From assembly GCA_020137815.1 (NCBI GenBank), contig CM035358.1, forward strand, positions 3,720,001 to 3,784,000: a DNA stretch of 64,000 nt, in the 5' to 3' direction. This document shows positions 1 through 23,164 of this stretch, piece by piece (within the stretch, counting starts at the first letter, position 1; each line of letters starts with the position of its first letter). The stretch is from Hormiphora californensis (lineage: Eukaryota; Animalia; Ctenophora). The notes below the pieces were generated by a model, which saw nothing but the letters and a program-made list of their open reading frames with translations, made no database searches and was not told where the DNA came from. The position numbers and the translations under genes are program-made.

Positions 1-79
1 TAATGTTTTCCTTTTAATTGTTTTATTTAAATATCCAATCATGCAAACTTAATCGTAACTTATTTTACCAAGGTAGAAG

Positions 80-1964
80 ATGGGTAAGGACTACTACAAG
101 ATTTTATGTCTGACACGAAGTGCCACCAACGCTGATGTGAAGAAAGCCTACAGGAAATTATCACTAAAATACCACCCTGATCGGTCTGATGATCCCAAGG
201 CTGACGAGCTCTTTCTCGAGGTAAATAACAACACTGATTTAGACCAGGATTCCCGTTGCTATACTAGCTATGTAGGTACACTACCTAAACTAATTCTTGT
301 AATTCCTATAATTTTAGGTATGTATGTACTAGTATTTGGTGATATAATACACACACTCCTATTCATCAGGTAGCCGAGGCATATGATGTGTTGAGTCAGG
401 CGAATACCCGTGCAGTCTATGATCAGTTTGGCGAGGAGGGGTTAAAGAGCGGTGTCCCCACTACAGATATAGTGGGAGGTTTCTCTGGGGGATATGTGTT
501 TCACGGCAACGCAGATAATGTCTTCAGGGAGTTTTTCGGTGGAGACAATCCGTTTAACGAGTTCTTTGAACCCCCCAAGGACCCGGACATGGCCATCGGT
601 AGGTTGTATTCTAAAATGGAATGAAATTTATTTGGTAAATCTGTTATTTTATCATAACTTAGCGTTAAAACCGTTTGTTCCTCTGCCATTAGGTTTTGGA
701 GGATTGAGGGGACGTGGTCGACCCAAGCAGGACCCCCCTATCCAGCGAGATCTCGCCCTCACTTTGGAAGAAGTGTACGCAGGATGCATCAAGAAAATAA
801 AAATTTCCCGCCGAGTGATGAATGATGACGGACACACCTCTTCAATCAGGGACAAGATCCTGACGATTAATGCACGTGCTGGATGGCCTGCTGGCACCAA
901 GATAACTTTCCAGAAAGAGGGTGATCAAGGTCAGTCTGGAATTGCACAAGTTTGCATTAAATAGTTCCTAGTACCTACCAGTTGATAAGTATATTGATTG
1001 TGGACGGAGAGACTCGGTAATTTATTTCAGGAAGAATAACGTTTTGTCGTAACAACGACATCATCAGAAGATGTAGTTTTATTTGTTAAAGTAGTGCTGA
1101 AAAGTTTGAAAGTTTTTAAACTTTTGAGCACAAATTAATTTTAGCATTAATTTGAGCATCTTTTGATAATGTCTTCTGATGCAATGAAATGATGTCGTTG
1201 TTATGAAGAAACGTAATGTTATTCTTCCTGAAACAAATCACCGAGTCCCTCTTCGTCCACAATCAATATATTAACTGATTTATCATGAGTATCGAACGTG
1301 GCAACACATGAACTTATTAAAATTTATCCTACCTGCCTGCCGATTGTTTTTCCAATTTGTAAATATCTTACAAAGTGACTTACCAACTTCTCTCCATTCC
1401 TAGGACCCAACAACATTCCTGCTGACATTGTATTTGTTGTAAAGGACAAGGACCACCCTCTCTTCAAAAGAGTAGGGGGTGATCTTCACTACATCGCTAC
1501 CATCCCCCTTGCCAAGGCTCTTGTTGGATGTGTCATTGAGGTAATAATATGTTCTTTCCATATTTCCACACGTTCTTTCTATTTTTTGTGCTGGTTTTGT
1601 TTTAATTTTAAAAAAAGTTGAGTAAACAATGTTTGTTGAGGGGATGATCCCTGTAGTGATCTCACGTGGTTCGAAGTTTGGTCAGGCATAGAAGACTCGG
1701 GATGTTACAAAGGTGAACAATGTTTACCCCTAAGTTATAAACTTTACCTACCACCAGGTCCCCACACTTGACGGCCGAAGTTTGAGCATTCCAGTGAACG
1801 ACATTGTCCAGCCAGGCTACCAGAAGAGAGTTGTAGGAGAGGGGATGCCCATCTCCAAATCAAAGGATGGACAGAAGGGAGATCTAGTTATTGGTTTTGA
1901 TATTGTATTCCCGACCAAGCTTGAAGTGCACCAGAAGGCCCTGATAAAACAGGCTCTACAATAA
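80..1964 (+). CDS. DNAJB13: DnaJ/Hsp40 family B member 13-like (radial-spoke Hsp40); exons 80-220, 370-598, 693-929, 1404-1540, 1758-1964
   Basis: J domain MGKDYY...KYHPDR (HPD motif), [75 protein letters not shown]. All four introns are GT-AG with consistent phase. Confidence 0.93.
991..1270. mobile_element. MITE-like inverted-repeat element in DNAJB13 intron 3
   Basis: atattgattgtggacg...tcggtaatttatttcaggaagaataac is mirrored by attcttcctgaaacaaatcaccgagt...cgtccacaatcaatat, with imperfect arms of about 100 bp. Confidence 0.7.
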
Positions 1965-2147
1965 TGAGAGACAATCCGAGAGAAACTGTCAGAGAGAGAG
2001 AGAGAGAGAGTGTGTGTTGTCAGATGTAAATATATGTGTATTATGCGTGATTTGTACAGCTCAAATTGAACCACGCTGGCGATATGTTTTGGAACTTGTT
2101 TTGTTGATATGTTTTACATCTGTAATTACATCCACCAAACCCTTAGC

Positions 2148-2339
2148 ATGTCAGGAAAAGGTGAAAGTCTCGAAGATTTGGTGGGGAACTTTCATAAGCA
2201 AGTTAAAAACTCAGATTGGTTAAAGGAAAATACTACTGAAAAGTGGATCTCCGAAAACAAGGAACTTCACCAGCAGATGCAGGATGAGAAGAAACGGTTA
2301 GAAGCTGAACGTGAGGCGAAAAAGAAGGAATCGTCTTAA
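2148..2339 (+). CDS. Putative 63-aa single-exon microprotein (MSGKGESLEDLVGNFHKQVKNSDWLKENTTEKW...EAKKKESS), charged helical C-terminus
   Basis: Protein-like ORF, AG acceptor 1 nt before the ATG (ccttagcATG), AATAAA just after the stop. No recognised homology. Confidence 0.55.
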   Translation: MSGKGESLEDLVGNFHKQVKNSDWLKENTTEKWISENKELHQQMQDEKKRLEAEREAKKKESS

Positions 2340-2624
2340 ATCAATAAATCATAGAGACTGGTATATGACTTGATATGGATATGGGCTTTCGAATTATTTG
2401 TATTGAATTTTATTTCTCGACACTTTAACTTGATAACACATCTCACACTCTCCAACAGCTTGAAAACAACGGACAGAGTGTGCGCGCGTGATATTTTGTT
2501 GCTATAGAAACTCGCGCGAAGATAGGGAGGCAAGGTATTGTCAGCAGCGCAGCAGTAGACCCCCTTCCCTCGTGTGTAACTGAAACATTCATTATTCAAC
2601 CTCTCCCTCTCTCCCTCTCTAGCA

Positions 2625-3527
2625 ATGACACAGACGCACATACACGGAAAAGTGCTAATTGAGAATTGGGTGGAGGAGAGAGCATGTGAGGGGTATGATG
2701 TCGAACGGTCAGCTCCTGAGGTAAACTGGTCTGGTCACACGGGCATCATCACGACCAAGAGTGTTGGCGAGGAGTTATCGACCACAGTGAGAGAGACTTA
2801 TCGACCTCCTTCGGGCAACAAAATCAGACAGAAAGGTATAGTAAATCATTCAAGGTACATAGACCTGTTTCGACTAAATTTCCTACTAAATGTTTCCTCC
2901 CGATCTAACCTGAAAATCAGAATATCTGTTCAGGAGTAAGAAGGTCAATGTTAGAGGAGGGAATTTATCGACAAGTCACTCAGGATGTCACACTTGAACG
3001 ACAACCAAAACCGGTACGTTTCGAAACACATGAACTCTCTTTTCCTTCTACCCGTCTGTTTGAATCTGAATTTATTCTGAATGTATTCTAATGTTTTCAA
3101 ACCTCTCTCCCAGATAGTACCAGACTACCAGAGCACCACACACAAGGATTACGAAACGGAGTTCGTGTCTGACTGGCCCGAGCCAGAGACACACCACAAC
3201 CTACTCAAGGAACTTCCCGTGTCATACTGGACCGATAATGTCAAAAAAGGTATTTTGAGCTCAATTGAGGCTCCCACCCATACCTTTTGTTTGTCAAAAT
3301 AAAGCTCAATATTGCAGACTCTCACTGTAATATATTCGTCTAGATATAAATTTAACCCCGCCTTCCCCCGCTCTGCAGGTATTGATGGTGTGACGCAGGT
3401 TCGAGCGGTTGGGTCACCGTTCAAGAAGAACACAGCGTTCAGCACCCCAACTGAGGTCTATATGGATCAGAGGAAGCCGTATGAAGAAGATGAACTGGTC
3501 CAAGAACCCCTCTCCCGTCACTCCTAA
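2625..3527 (+). CDS. SPAG8: SPAG8-like axonemal microtubule inner protein; exons 2625-2835, 2934-3013, 3114-3249, 3379-3527
   Basis: Motifs GKVLIENWVEERA, GHTGIIT, STT...Y.PP, G.R..MLE, STTHKDY, P.SYW, GV..VR...SPFKKNTAFSTP follow the recalled SPAG8 C-terminal conserved region. GT-AG introns are in phase. Confidence 0.82.
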
Positions 3528-3999
3528 TTATCATCTAATTATCGAAATAGGACATTAAATATACGATACAGATAGGGACTGTCTTGTGTGTGAGTGTTCG
3601 TGATATTATATCTCTTTCCTTCCGACAAGTTTTCCACCCCTTGATTGCATTTGACTAAATGATTTATTGTGACAGCTGTAGAACATTTGGGAATTTAGAA
3701 ACTTATCTGGTGACATTTTATAAGAGTGCATTATTCATTTGACCTTGTACATAATATGTATATTATTTGTTTCTGTGGATGTTTATTTGAAGCGTATTAA
3801 TTTTCCTTCCCTCACACAACCCCTAATATCCAAGATTCTTTTTCTCAATTTACATCTCCAGATATGTACAGATCTGAAGTGATAGAAAGAGGATGGCTGT
3901 TTGTCAAGGTGCAGTCTGTTGTGTCTCAGATTTGGTTACATGTTCTGCAGCAGTGCAGTGGGTGAGTTATATTAAAAGTTAAATTGTCAATTTGCTGTC

Positions 4000-4072
4000 G
4001 GGGGACTAGCTCAAATGGTAGAGCGCTCGCTTAGCATGTGAGAGGTACCGGGATCAATGCCCGGGTTCTCCA
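4000..4072 (+). tRNA. tRNA-Ala (AGC)
   Basis: GGGGGAC/GTTCTCC acceptor stem with G3:U70, D arm GCTCAAATGGTAGAGC, anticodon loop TTAGCAT, T arm CCGGGATCAATGCCCGG, discriminator A, oligo-T terminator at about 4080. Confidence 0.93.
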
Positions 4073-4346
4073 GTCTGACTTTTTGCCTTTTCTAGGTCGA
4101 TTTCCGCCCATATTACGGGCATATTTTTTTATTATTTTAAGCGCTTCATCATTGAGATCAGAGTGATATTTTTGGCCCAAATCAGGAAAATCCTACTCAA
4201 CATAAAACATACCAATGGAAATTCCATTGACATGATTTATCAAATTGAGTAGGTTTTTCCTAATAGTAATTTGGACCAAAAATTCCATTGGAATGTTGGT
4301 TATTGATAACTGAGTAGGGCTTTGAATGGGGATAATTTATGCTTAA

Positions 4347-5649
4347 GGGTACACCTGGCGTTTTTCATCATCGAGTGCCCAACCAAATGACTTCACCAAG
4401 GTTTAGCTCATACAAAATGGACCTCAAATATGCAATTTTAGCCCTAAAGTCGAATTCATATTTTTGCTACAGCCTATTTTCAAAGTGGCGTTTTTTCAAT
4501 TTTTGTTGGAATTTTTAACCTCAGGACCACTTTTTTTGAGATAGAAACATTAAATTCTTGAAATTTGAAGAGAATATAAAGGTGAATAAACCCAAAGAAG
4601 GATTTTTGAAATGGAGCTTATTTCTGGCCATGAGAAGGGTTTACTTTTTTGCTTCTTTGACACGCTGGCTGAGAATGTTCCCATGCTTCATTAGAGATGA
4701 AAATCTGGAAATAGTTGCTCAAAACGATTATCTATGTGGCCCAAAAATTTTGGAACTTTCCCGCCAAAGATGTGGTGTACAGAGCTTATTTTGTGAAACC
4801 CGTCTTTTTGAAAAAGAGAGGAATTCCCTGTATCTCCAAAACGGATGATCGTAGAGACCTAGAACCAAGCTTAATCGATTCAGAAGGTCCGATTTTGGGG
4901 GGGTCTTCTGAGAGACATTTTGCTCCTACTCCAACCGTTTTTGCTGTAATTGCAAAAAACCAATTCTATGAAAAGGGGGAACAACTCTATTCCAGTAGCC
5001 TGCTTCGGGCTGATTTCCCCCTTACTTGCTGATACCTTTTTCGCAATTACAGCAAAAACGGTTGGAGTAGGAGCAAAATGTCTCTCAGAAGACCCCCCCA
5101 AAATCGGACCTTCTGAATCGATTAAGCTTGGTCCTAGGTCTCTACGATCATCAGTTTTGGAGATACAGGGAATTCCTCTCTTTTTCAAAAAGACGGGTTT
5201 CACAAAACAAGCTCTGTACACCACATCTTTGGCGGGAAAGTTCCAAAATTTTTGGGCCACATAGATAATCGTTTTGAGCAACTATTTCCAGATTTTCATC
5301 TCTAATGAAGCATGGGAACATTCTCAGCCAGCGTGTCAAAGAAGCAAAAAAGTAAACCCTTCTCATGGCCAGAAATAAGCTCCATTTCAAAAATCCTTCT
5401 TTGGGCTTATTCGCCTTTATATTCTCTTCAAATTTCAAGAATTTAATGTTTCTATCTCAAAAAAAGTGGTCCTGAGGTTAAAAATTCCAACAAAAATTGA
5501 AAAAACGCCACTTTGAAAATAGGCTGTAGCAAAAATATGAATTCGACTTTAGGGCTAAAATTGCATATTTGAGGTCTATTTTGTATGACCTAAACCCTAG
5601 TGAAGTCATTTGGTTGGGCACTCGATGATGAAAAACGCCAGGTGTACCC
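4347..5649. mobile_element. 1.3-kb near-perfect palindromic non-autonomous DNA transposon, TTAA target duplication (Kolobok-like GG termini)
   Basis: ttaa|GGGTACACCTGGCG...CGCCAGGTGTACCC|ttaa. Arms of about 610 bp surround a spacer of about 80 bp, and mirror-image ORFs appear on both strands. Confidence 0.88.
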
Positions 5650-6127
5650 TTAATATTATTAAATACTCAGTATGTGATTCTCATTGAAAAGTGGAGATAA
5701 CTCAGTGAATAGTGATATATTACACCCACACTACACCACACCACACCCACAGTGCTGAATGCTCCCATTTTCCACTTTTCCTCATAAGATCCGTGCAGTA
5801 GGTCTTTTTCGAGACATTGGAGAGATCATATGGAGGGGGCAGGAAAGTGGATGAAGAGAGAGAGAGGGGCTGAGTTCGAGACTACACGATAAATACCCTA
5901 CCTTCCATGCCCTTCCTTGTATGAGCCTCATTGCAGTTAACTCTACAAATTCTTTGTCGTTACCCTGGGGTAAAGACAAGGGAGAGATTGAATATACCCA
6001 ATACCCACTTACATATTCAATCACTCCTTTGTCTTAACTTACTAGCACACACTTGCTAACTAGCGCTATATCAAGTTCTATCTCTCCCTTTGTTACCTAC
6101 AAACAAAGCCATCGTCTCTTCCTAGTA

Positions 6128-7732
6128 GCTGGTATTAATAAACGGGGATTCGCGGATTCGCGGATAATGTCCCGGATCGCGGATAAAATCGCGGATAATT
6201 AATCCCGGATTGGATTGCGGATCGCGGATAAGTAATCACGGATTGCGGATTGGGGATAAGTGATTGCGGATCGCGGATTGCGGATTGCGGATCGCGGATC
6301 GCGGATAAGTAATCGCGGATTGCGGATCGCGGATTGCGGATCGCGGATTGCGGATCGCGGATAAGTAATCGCGGATTGCGGATCGCGGATAAGTAATCGC
6401 GGATTGCGGATCGCGGATAAGTAATCGCGGATTGCGGATAAAAAATCGCGGATAAAAAATCGCGGATAGAAAATCGCGGATAAAAAATCGCGGATAAAAA
6501 ATCGCGGATAAAAAATCTCGGATAAAAAATCTCGGATAAAAAATCGCGGATAAAAAATCGCGGATAAAAAATTGCGGATAAAAAATCGCGGATAAAAAAT
6601 CGCGGATAGAAAATCGCGGATAAAAAATCGCGGATAAAAAATCGCGGATAAAAAATCTCGGATAAAAAATCTCGGATAAAAAATCGCGGATAAAAAATCG
6701 CGGATAAAAAATCGCGGATAACGTTTTTATCTCTTTTTAGGCAACTTGTGGTCATTCTTAGGTGATTTTGATCGATTCCAGGTCATTTTGCTCATTTCTA
6801 TGTCAATTTGGCCATTTCTGTACCATTTCTTGGCCACGTTGGTCAATTCTAGTTCATTTCCAGGTCATTCCTGTATATAGTGCATTGTGCTAGACCATTT
6901 TCGTGTGGATTTAGATGGTTCTGGGACACTTTGGTCAATAACAAGTAATTTATGTGTATATTTGGATACTTTTAGGACTCTAATGTGACCGAAGTGTCCT
7001 AGAACCATCTAAATCCACACGAAAATGGTCTAGCACAATGCACTATATACAGGAATGACCTGGAAATGAACTAGAATTGACCAACGTGGCCAAGAAATGG
7101 TACAGAAATGGCCAAATTGACATAGAAATGAGCAAAATGACCTGGAATCGATCAAAATCACCTAAGAATGACCACAAGTTGCCTAAAAAGAGATAAAAAC
7201 GTTATCCGCGATTTTTTATCCGCAATTTTTTATCCGCGATTTTTTTATCCGCGATTTTTTATCCGCGATTTTTATCCGAGATTTTTTATCCGCGATTTTT
7301 TATCCGCGATTTTTTATCCGAGATTTTTTATCCGAGATTTTTTATCCGCGATTTTCTATCCGCGATTTTTTATCCGCGATTTTTTATCCGCGATTTTCTA
7401 TCCGCGATTTTTTATCCGCGATTTTTTATCCGCGATCCGCAATCCGCGATTACTTATCCGCGATTACTTATCCGCGATCCGCGATCCGCAATCCGCAATC
7501 CGCAATCCGCGATCACTTATCCCCGATCCGCAATCCGCGATCCGCGATCCGCGATCCGCGATCCGCAATCCGCGATCCACAATCCGCAATCCGCGATCAC
7601 TTATCCCCGATCCGCAATCCGTGATTACTTATCCGCGATCCGCAATCCAATCCGGGATTAATTATCCGCGATTTTATCCGCGATCCGGGACATTATCCGC
7701 GAATCCGCGAATCCCCGTTTATTAATACCAGC
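6128..7732. mobile_element. 1.6-kb Foldback-type element with internally repetitive inverted arms, TA-flanked
   Basis: ta|GCTGGTATTAATAAACGGGG...CCCCGTTTATTAATACCAGC|ta. Arms contain 14-bp (gataaaaaatcgcg) and 7-bp (gcggatc/gcggatt) tandem units; spacer about 6938-6985. Confidence 0.88.
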
Positions 7733-7759
7733 TAATGTGTCTGAAAACTGCACCGTCAA

Positions 7760-7925
7760 CTGTCAGAGCATTGGCCTTACCCTATTCTCAGCGTGCGAGA
7801 ACTGTGTTCAGAACATTGGCCTGACCTGTCAGGCCAATGCTCTGACCAGTGACCACAGTTCTCGCGCGCTCCGAGAATAGGGTCAGGCTCCGAGAATAGG
7901 GTCAGAACATTGGCCTGACAGACCG
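7760..7925. repeat. Short dispersed repeat family (ctgtcagagcattggcctgaccctattctc); related copies near 23490, 44290, 55408, 59140, 60950
   Basis: The motifs cagagcattggcctga, gagaatagggtca and gcgagaactgtggtca recur in both orientations across the window. Confidence 0.7.
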
Positions 7926-9042
7926 TCCGCGTCAACGTGTGCTTCCTGAAGTATGAATCTTTTACTTCTAGTTCTAATGAGCTTGTTTTTTACAGTACTA
8001 CTTTGATTGTTCCAAACCTCTCATAGTCATAATACCCATCTTACATCTACTTCTTCTTGTTTCCACTAATTTACACGACGTGTTTACAAACACAGCAGGT
8101 GTTTTGTGGATCGAATGTCGGGAATTCAATAGAAACTTTCTGTGAGAGAGACGTTCACACACATGATTATGAACTCATTTTTGGAGTGCTCGAATTTGCC
8201 TTTCTTTATTTTGCATTTTCTATTCATTTCCAACATCATTTTACCACACTAGCTGTTACACATACCCCAGTATATGTTGGTATTAACCCGTGCACAAAGG
8301 TGTCTTTGTGTGAAACCCTTTGTGTTCCAATATCTGGGAGAATGGAGAGAGAGTGGAGAGAGAGGGGGAAGGAGAGAATGGAAATAATTTCCTTGCCATA
8401 GCAGCTGCTGAGCTCAGATCATTTATTTGTTCTCTGACTCTGACATGTACAATACACGAGTATGACAATAGATTGGGTTTAGTTTGGAGGTCCTTGATCG
8501 TTGCTATGCTAGTGCTACGCAGTCTGTCGTTGCCGGTGGGACTGGGAGTGCCGACTGCCTGGGAACAAGTCAAGTTCTTCGGTTTGCAGATTTAGGCCAG
8601 CTAGAAAAATATAAAAACTCTTTTTTTGTGCAGCACAACAACAAAATAAATCATTATCCCTTATATGTTGGCCCTCCATGCTTCAATTTCTATTTGTCTC
8701 TAGATTGAGTTGGACACGACCCCACCCTTTGTCATTTTCCATTGTGATGTATAATGTCATGGTAGCACAGTTTCTCAGTGTAAACTTGTACAACCCTTTT
8801 TGTCTAGTATGGGGTCTTGAGCACAGTTTCTAGGACTCATGAAGATACATTATATCTTCTGAAACGTCCTAAATACAGCTGTATTATTTCGTTGTGTATC
8901 TTCTGAAATCTATAGTTTGGCTGTCACGGCTCGACTTGTACTGTTTTATAACTGTTTTTAGTACTATTGTGTGCCCTAATGTTCCATTTGTTACAGGCTG
9001 AATGGCGTTACTCCAGTAACGATGCTATAGCAACTGCAGAAC

Positions 9043-19387
<10,345 letters not shown>

Positions 19388-20480
19388 CGGAGTCGATAAA
19401 TTTAATGTGGAGTGAGAACTGCAGCTGTAGGAACGAAACTCAGCACCTCACCCCTGAACTAAGATAGTGATGAGACTGGTTTTAGTGAAATGATTTATGA
19501 TGGTGGTATAGGGTCAAGGGACTCATATAGTTTGAGAGACAGCTTGTAAAATTAATCCCTTTCGTGAATCTCTCGCGAGCTTTTATTTCTGTGTGTATAT
19601 TTATTTTTTTGCCTGATGATTCAATGTGTATTTCAGTTCGACAAACGTTAACTTGAGCCGAATGTTTGAGTTTACCGTGGATATAGAAATCTTATATTTT
19701 TCTGGCTAGTGCAGTGCTAAACTGCAATAGTACTACTTTAGTAGTGGCAGTGGCCAGACACCTAGTCGATAGCTTCATCCTGGTGTATCACTACCAGCTG
19801 ATACTATACTATCAGTATTCAGTGATATCGACGAGTATAGGTGATAGTATCAGATCCGTCGCCTCTGCATTGGAAATGGATTTGGAATCGGCAATAGGGT
19901 ACATACGAGGGTGGTGTATCAATCTGGAGATGTATATTGTGTGCCTTGCTTGTAATTTCGTGAATTCATTTTTGGTTGTCAAATATCCGCAAAATTGTAC
20001 TTAAAATTTGTTAACCGGACGTAACGCGCGATCTATTTGGAAAATAACCAACGAAAAAGCCGCGCGGTAAATGAAAAAAGTGGCGCGCGGCGAAAGTTTT
20101 TAGTTTTACAAAAACCACGTGTTCAAGATTTTGAAAAATCACGTGACCTTTTTTGTTCACGCGAATCGTTTGAAGAGAGCTGCCCTATCCCAAAATATCC
20201 CATGCAGTCCCCCTGTATAATAAAGTACGTTTTTGACAGCCAATGATATTTACACATGAAACATCTACAAGGTATCAGATCGGCAAACGTTAAAATCTGG
20301 GACCTGGGTGGCGGGTATCCTGCACAATCCATCGATTTTGGCGGTCGAGACAGGTTAGGGCTGCCCGTTAGGGTATGTTATGACTATGTTTACGGTTATC
20401 GGTTAGGCAGCGGATTACGGGGGCCCGAAAGAAATGCCCGAATAGATCGCCCGAAAGATTAATCTTTCGGGCGATCTATT

Positions 20481-21060
20481 CTTGAAACTTGAAACTTGAA
20501 ACTTGAAAATAAATTGAGGCTATCAAACAAATGACCACCTTTCAACTCAACTGTCCTTTCCTCGCTCACCACTTCTAAACTCAACAAATTTAATTTCCAT
20601 TCTCAGTAGTCCCTGGTGCTTCTACCACCTCCTTCCCACGAATGAAGTAGTGTTTTCCAGGAGACCTTTGAACCATTTCCTTCAGTCGATCAACAAGCTG
20701 TTTTCTCTCATTTCGTTCCTCCAAAGTCCTGTCAGGCGAAATGTAGACTTTATCGAACTTGCCGGTCCTTTTTAGTCGGGATTTTTTCGACAGGATCGAC
20801 ATCTGAGCGTCTCTGCTCTTCAGTACGACTTTCACTGGTCTGACAGTTAAAGACTGCCTTCCCATGCGCTCCACTGATTTCACGTTCTGAGTTTCTCCTA
20901 GCTCAACAAGAAGAGACTCAACTTGAGTTTCAAGCTCTACACTACTATTTATTGACTCTTACAGGCCATGGATGATGATGTTGCACCCACGGTCCTCAGA
21001 GGCAGCCACAATCGCTGATTGAATGATATTCGGGCTCTCCTTTCGAGCCCCCGTATTCCC
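20481..21060 (-). mobile_element. Degenerate CR1/L2-type LINE ORF1 fragment followed by a (TTTCAAG)n tail
   Basis: NIIIHGL*E...RMGR...RPVKVVL...L..K..LK...FDKVYISPDRTLEER resembles the CR1/L2 ORF1 C-terminus. There is an in-frame stop upstream and a cttgaaa tandem tract at 20481-20507. Confidence 0.7.
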
Positions 21061-23079
21061 CATGTAAATGCTATCGATTATCTATCAGATACCATTTAGT
21101 TTGATTAGTATGAACTCCAATTTGTCACAGCACACAACGCAACCCGAGCTCTAAGTTTATAAAATGATTCCTAATCAGGAGTAGATTATTGTGAAACGGA
21201 GCTAATAGCGAAGAAAGGAGAAGTCAGTGAGTCGAGAACTTTATGGAGAAGGGAATGATTTTGGAAAGATGTTATCGAAGATGTCACCGAGATTTCCATC
21301 TTGCTATTCGATGATTCTCATTATCAGGTAAAAGTACAAACTTCCGTTTTTCTCTGTCGTGCGTGGTTGAAGCTGTATAGTTTACAAGCAATTGTCATTC
21401 CTCCTCCAAACGTTGCCTGATTAATGACTTTTTCGATGTTGGCGGCGGTTATTGCGGAGGAGTTGTAAAGTTTTAGTATTACTTGGATATTGCGTTCTAC
21501 CCTCCCGGATAAATCTGGCTCGATCCATTCACGCATTGCTGATCTTATCAATCTTCAATCATCAGTCTATATTTAGACTAGAGAGAGAGGTGATCTGCAC
21601 ATTTCAAAGATTTCGGAATTTTAAAGTCCGGCTTATGTTTGTATTTTGCGTAATCTCATTTCCATAGAAATCCAGAATGGTGGTGGAGAGCCATAGTATT
21701 ATGGGAATCCTTAGAATTATAAGCACAATACTAGTGATTGCTGCAGGGGTCACTAGCCACAGACAATATACATGTCGATTGTCGACTTTAATATAATTCA
21801 GGTTTGCCTTACTAATGCTGCGAATATGACATATAATAATGTTTATATATATTGAACCACATGTGCATCTATTCTAGGATCCTCTCAGATCATGTGAATG
21901 GTTGTGAGAGTTTGATCTCATTAGTAAAGTGTGTTCTACAAGCTATGATGCCCTGGTGTGTTTAGATTGCAGGGCCCATTCAGATTTCAGGGCTGAAAAT
22001 TGATCTTAGTTCCTCCATTGTGCGAAGAGACTCAATCACGCCTTAAATAAGGCTCCATCATCTCATCATCACTTCATCACGCCTTATTACTGTGATGAGG
22101 TGATGATGAGATGGTGGAGCTGTGTTGTTCAGATGCCAGTTTCACTGTTACAAACCCCCCCCCCCCATCACTTACTGTTTATCACCCCAGAAATTGATTA
22201 ACGAGCTAGCCGAGAAACAAAGACCTCTGTGTGGTGATAGAGATTGCATGTGATAATTATTTGTGTTCTTCGGTTAGCTTCATATGATCAGTTAGTCTAA
22301 TTACAAGTCTTCTAGATCATTCATGATAATAAAATGCAGCAAATATATTTATCAATATTTAAAAATGTGGACGTAGACATGATCCCATTCTCAGTATCCT
22401 GTAACCTAGGAAATTAGGTCCTGGCTACATACGCCTTGTGCATGTGATATATGCTAGTGTGGGTATCACGTGCTGAACAATTGTACTCCTTATCACAACA
22501 GGAATCAGTGGCCCATCGTCAGCAGCTGCATCTTCACGTGATCATTAACACGCCGTATTAAGCATCCCAAAGTTTTATCACAGAATATTATGTGCATGTA
22601 AAATTAGACATGTAATGCATAACTGTGAATTGATTCCAGGGAATATACGGTCGACAGTTTTAACACCATGGGGGTCGGACGAATAAAAACCGAGACAAAA
22701 CATCTCGTTTTTTATTCCGTATAATCTGCTTCAACTGGGAGCTGCAGCTAGACGGGATATGCTCATCTGGCGATTGTAGTAATAATATCCTAGAAGCTTT
22801 ATTTTATATCACGATGGATGTTGTGATTGGGAATCCTAGCTTTATCCTAATCTCATCTATATTCCTTCTTCCGAACAGTTCTGAAGAACACTATAAAATA
22901 TGTAAAATATGAAGGGCGATGGGCTTTGTTCGCTTCCTACGTTAGGATAAATAGGATAGATAAGTTAGGATAAAGATAGGGTTCCCAATCCATTGTGATA
23001 GAAGATAACACGTCAAGAGTATTCTGACTGTAAGCGCCATGAGGGTATGTCGCGTTTAGTTGTTACTTCATACTAGGTA

Positions 23080-23164
23080 CAGTCGGACCCCGATTTACCG
23101 GGCACCCCGATTTACTGGTCAAAACCCTTTCCCCCGAGCATCCCAGTAAATCGGGGTCCAACTG
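23080..23164. mobile_element. Tc1/mariner-type MITE (TA|CAGTCGGACCCCGATTTAC); longer copy 38808-38985, remnants about 31245-31355 and 56039-56080
   Basis: CAGT...ACTG termini with TA duplication; internal ccccgatttaccggg repeats. Confidence 0.8.

Noticed and set aside
4558-5438. Mirror-image ORFs of 95-133 aa
   Set aside because: They are produced by the palindromic element and show no transposase motifs.
6135-7725. 185- and 206-aa ORFs with IRDFLSAIFYPRFF repeats
   Set aside because: They are translations of the tandem units in the foldback arms.
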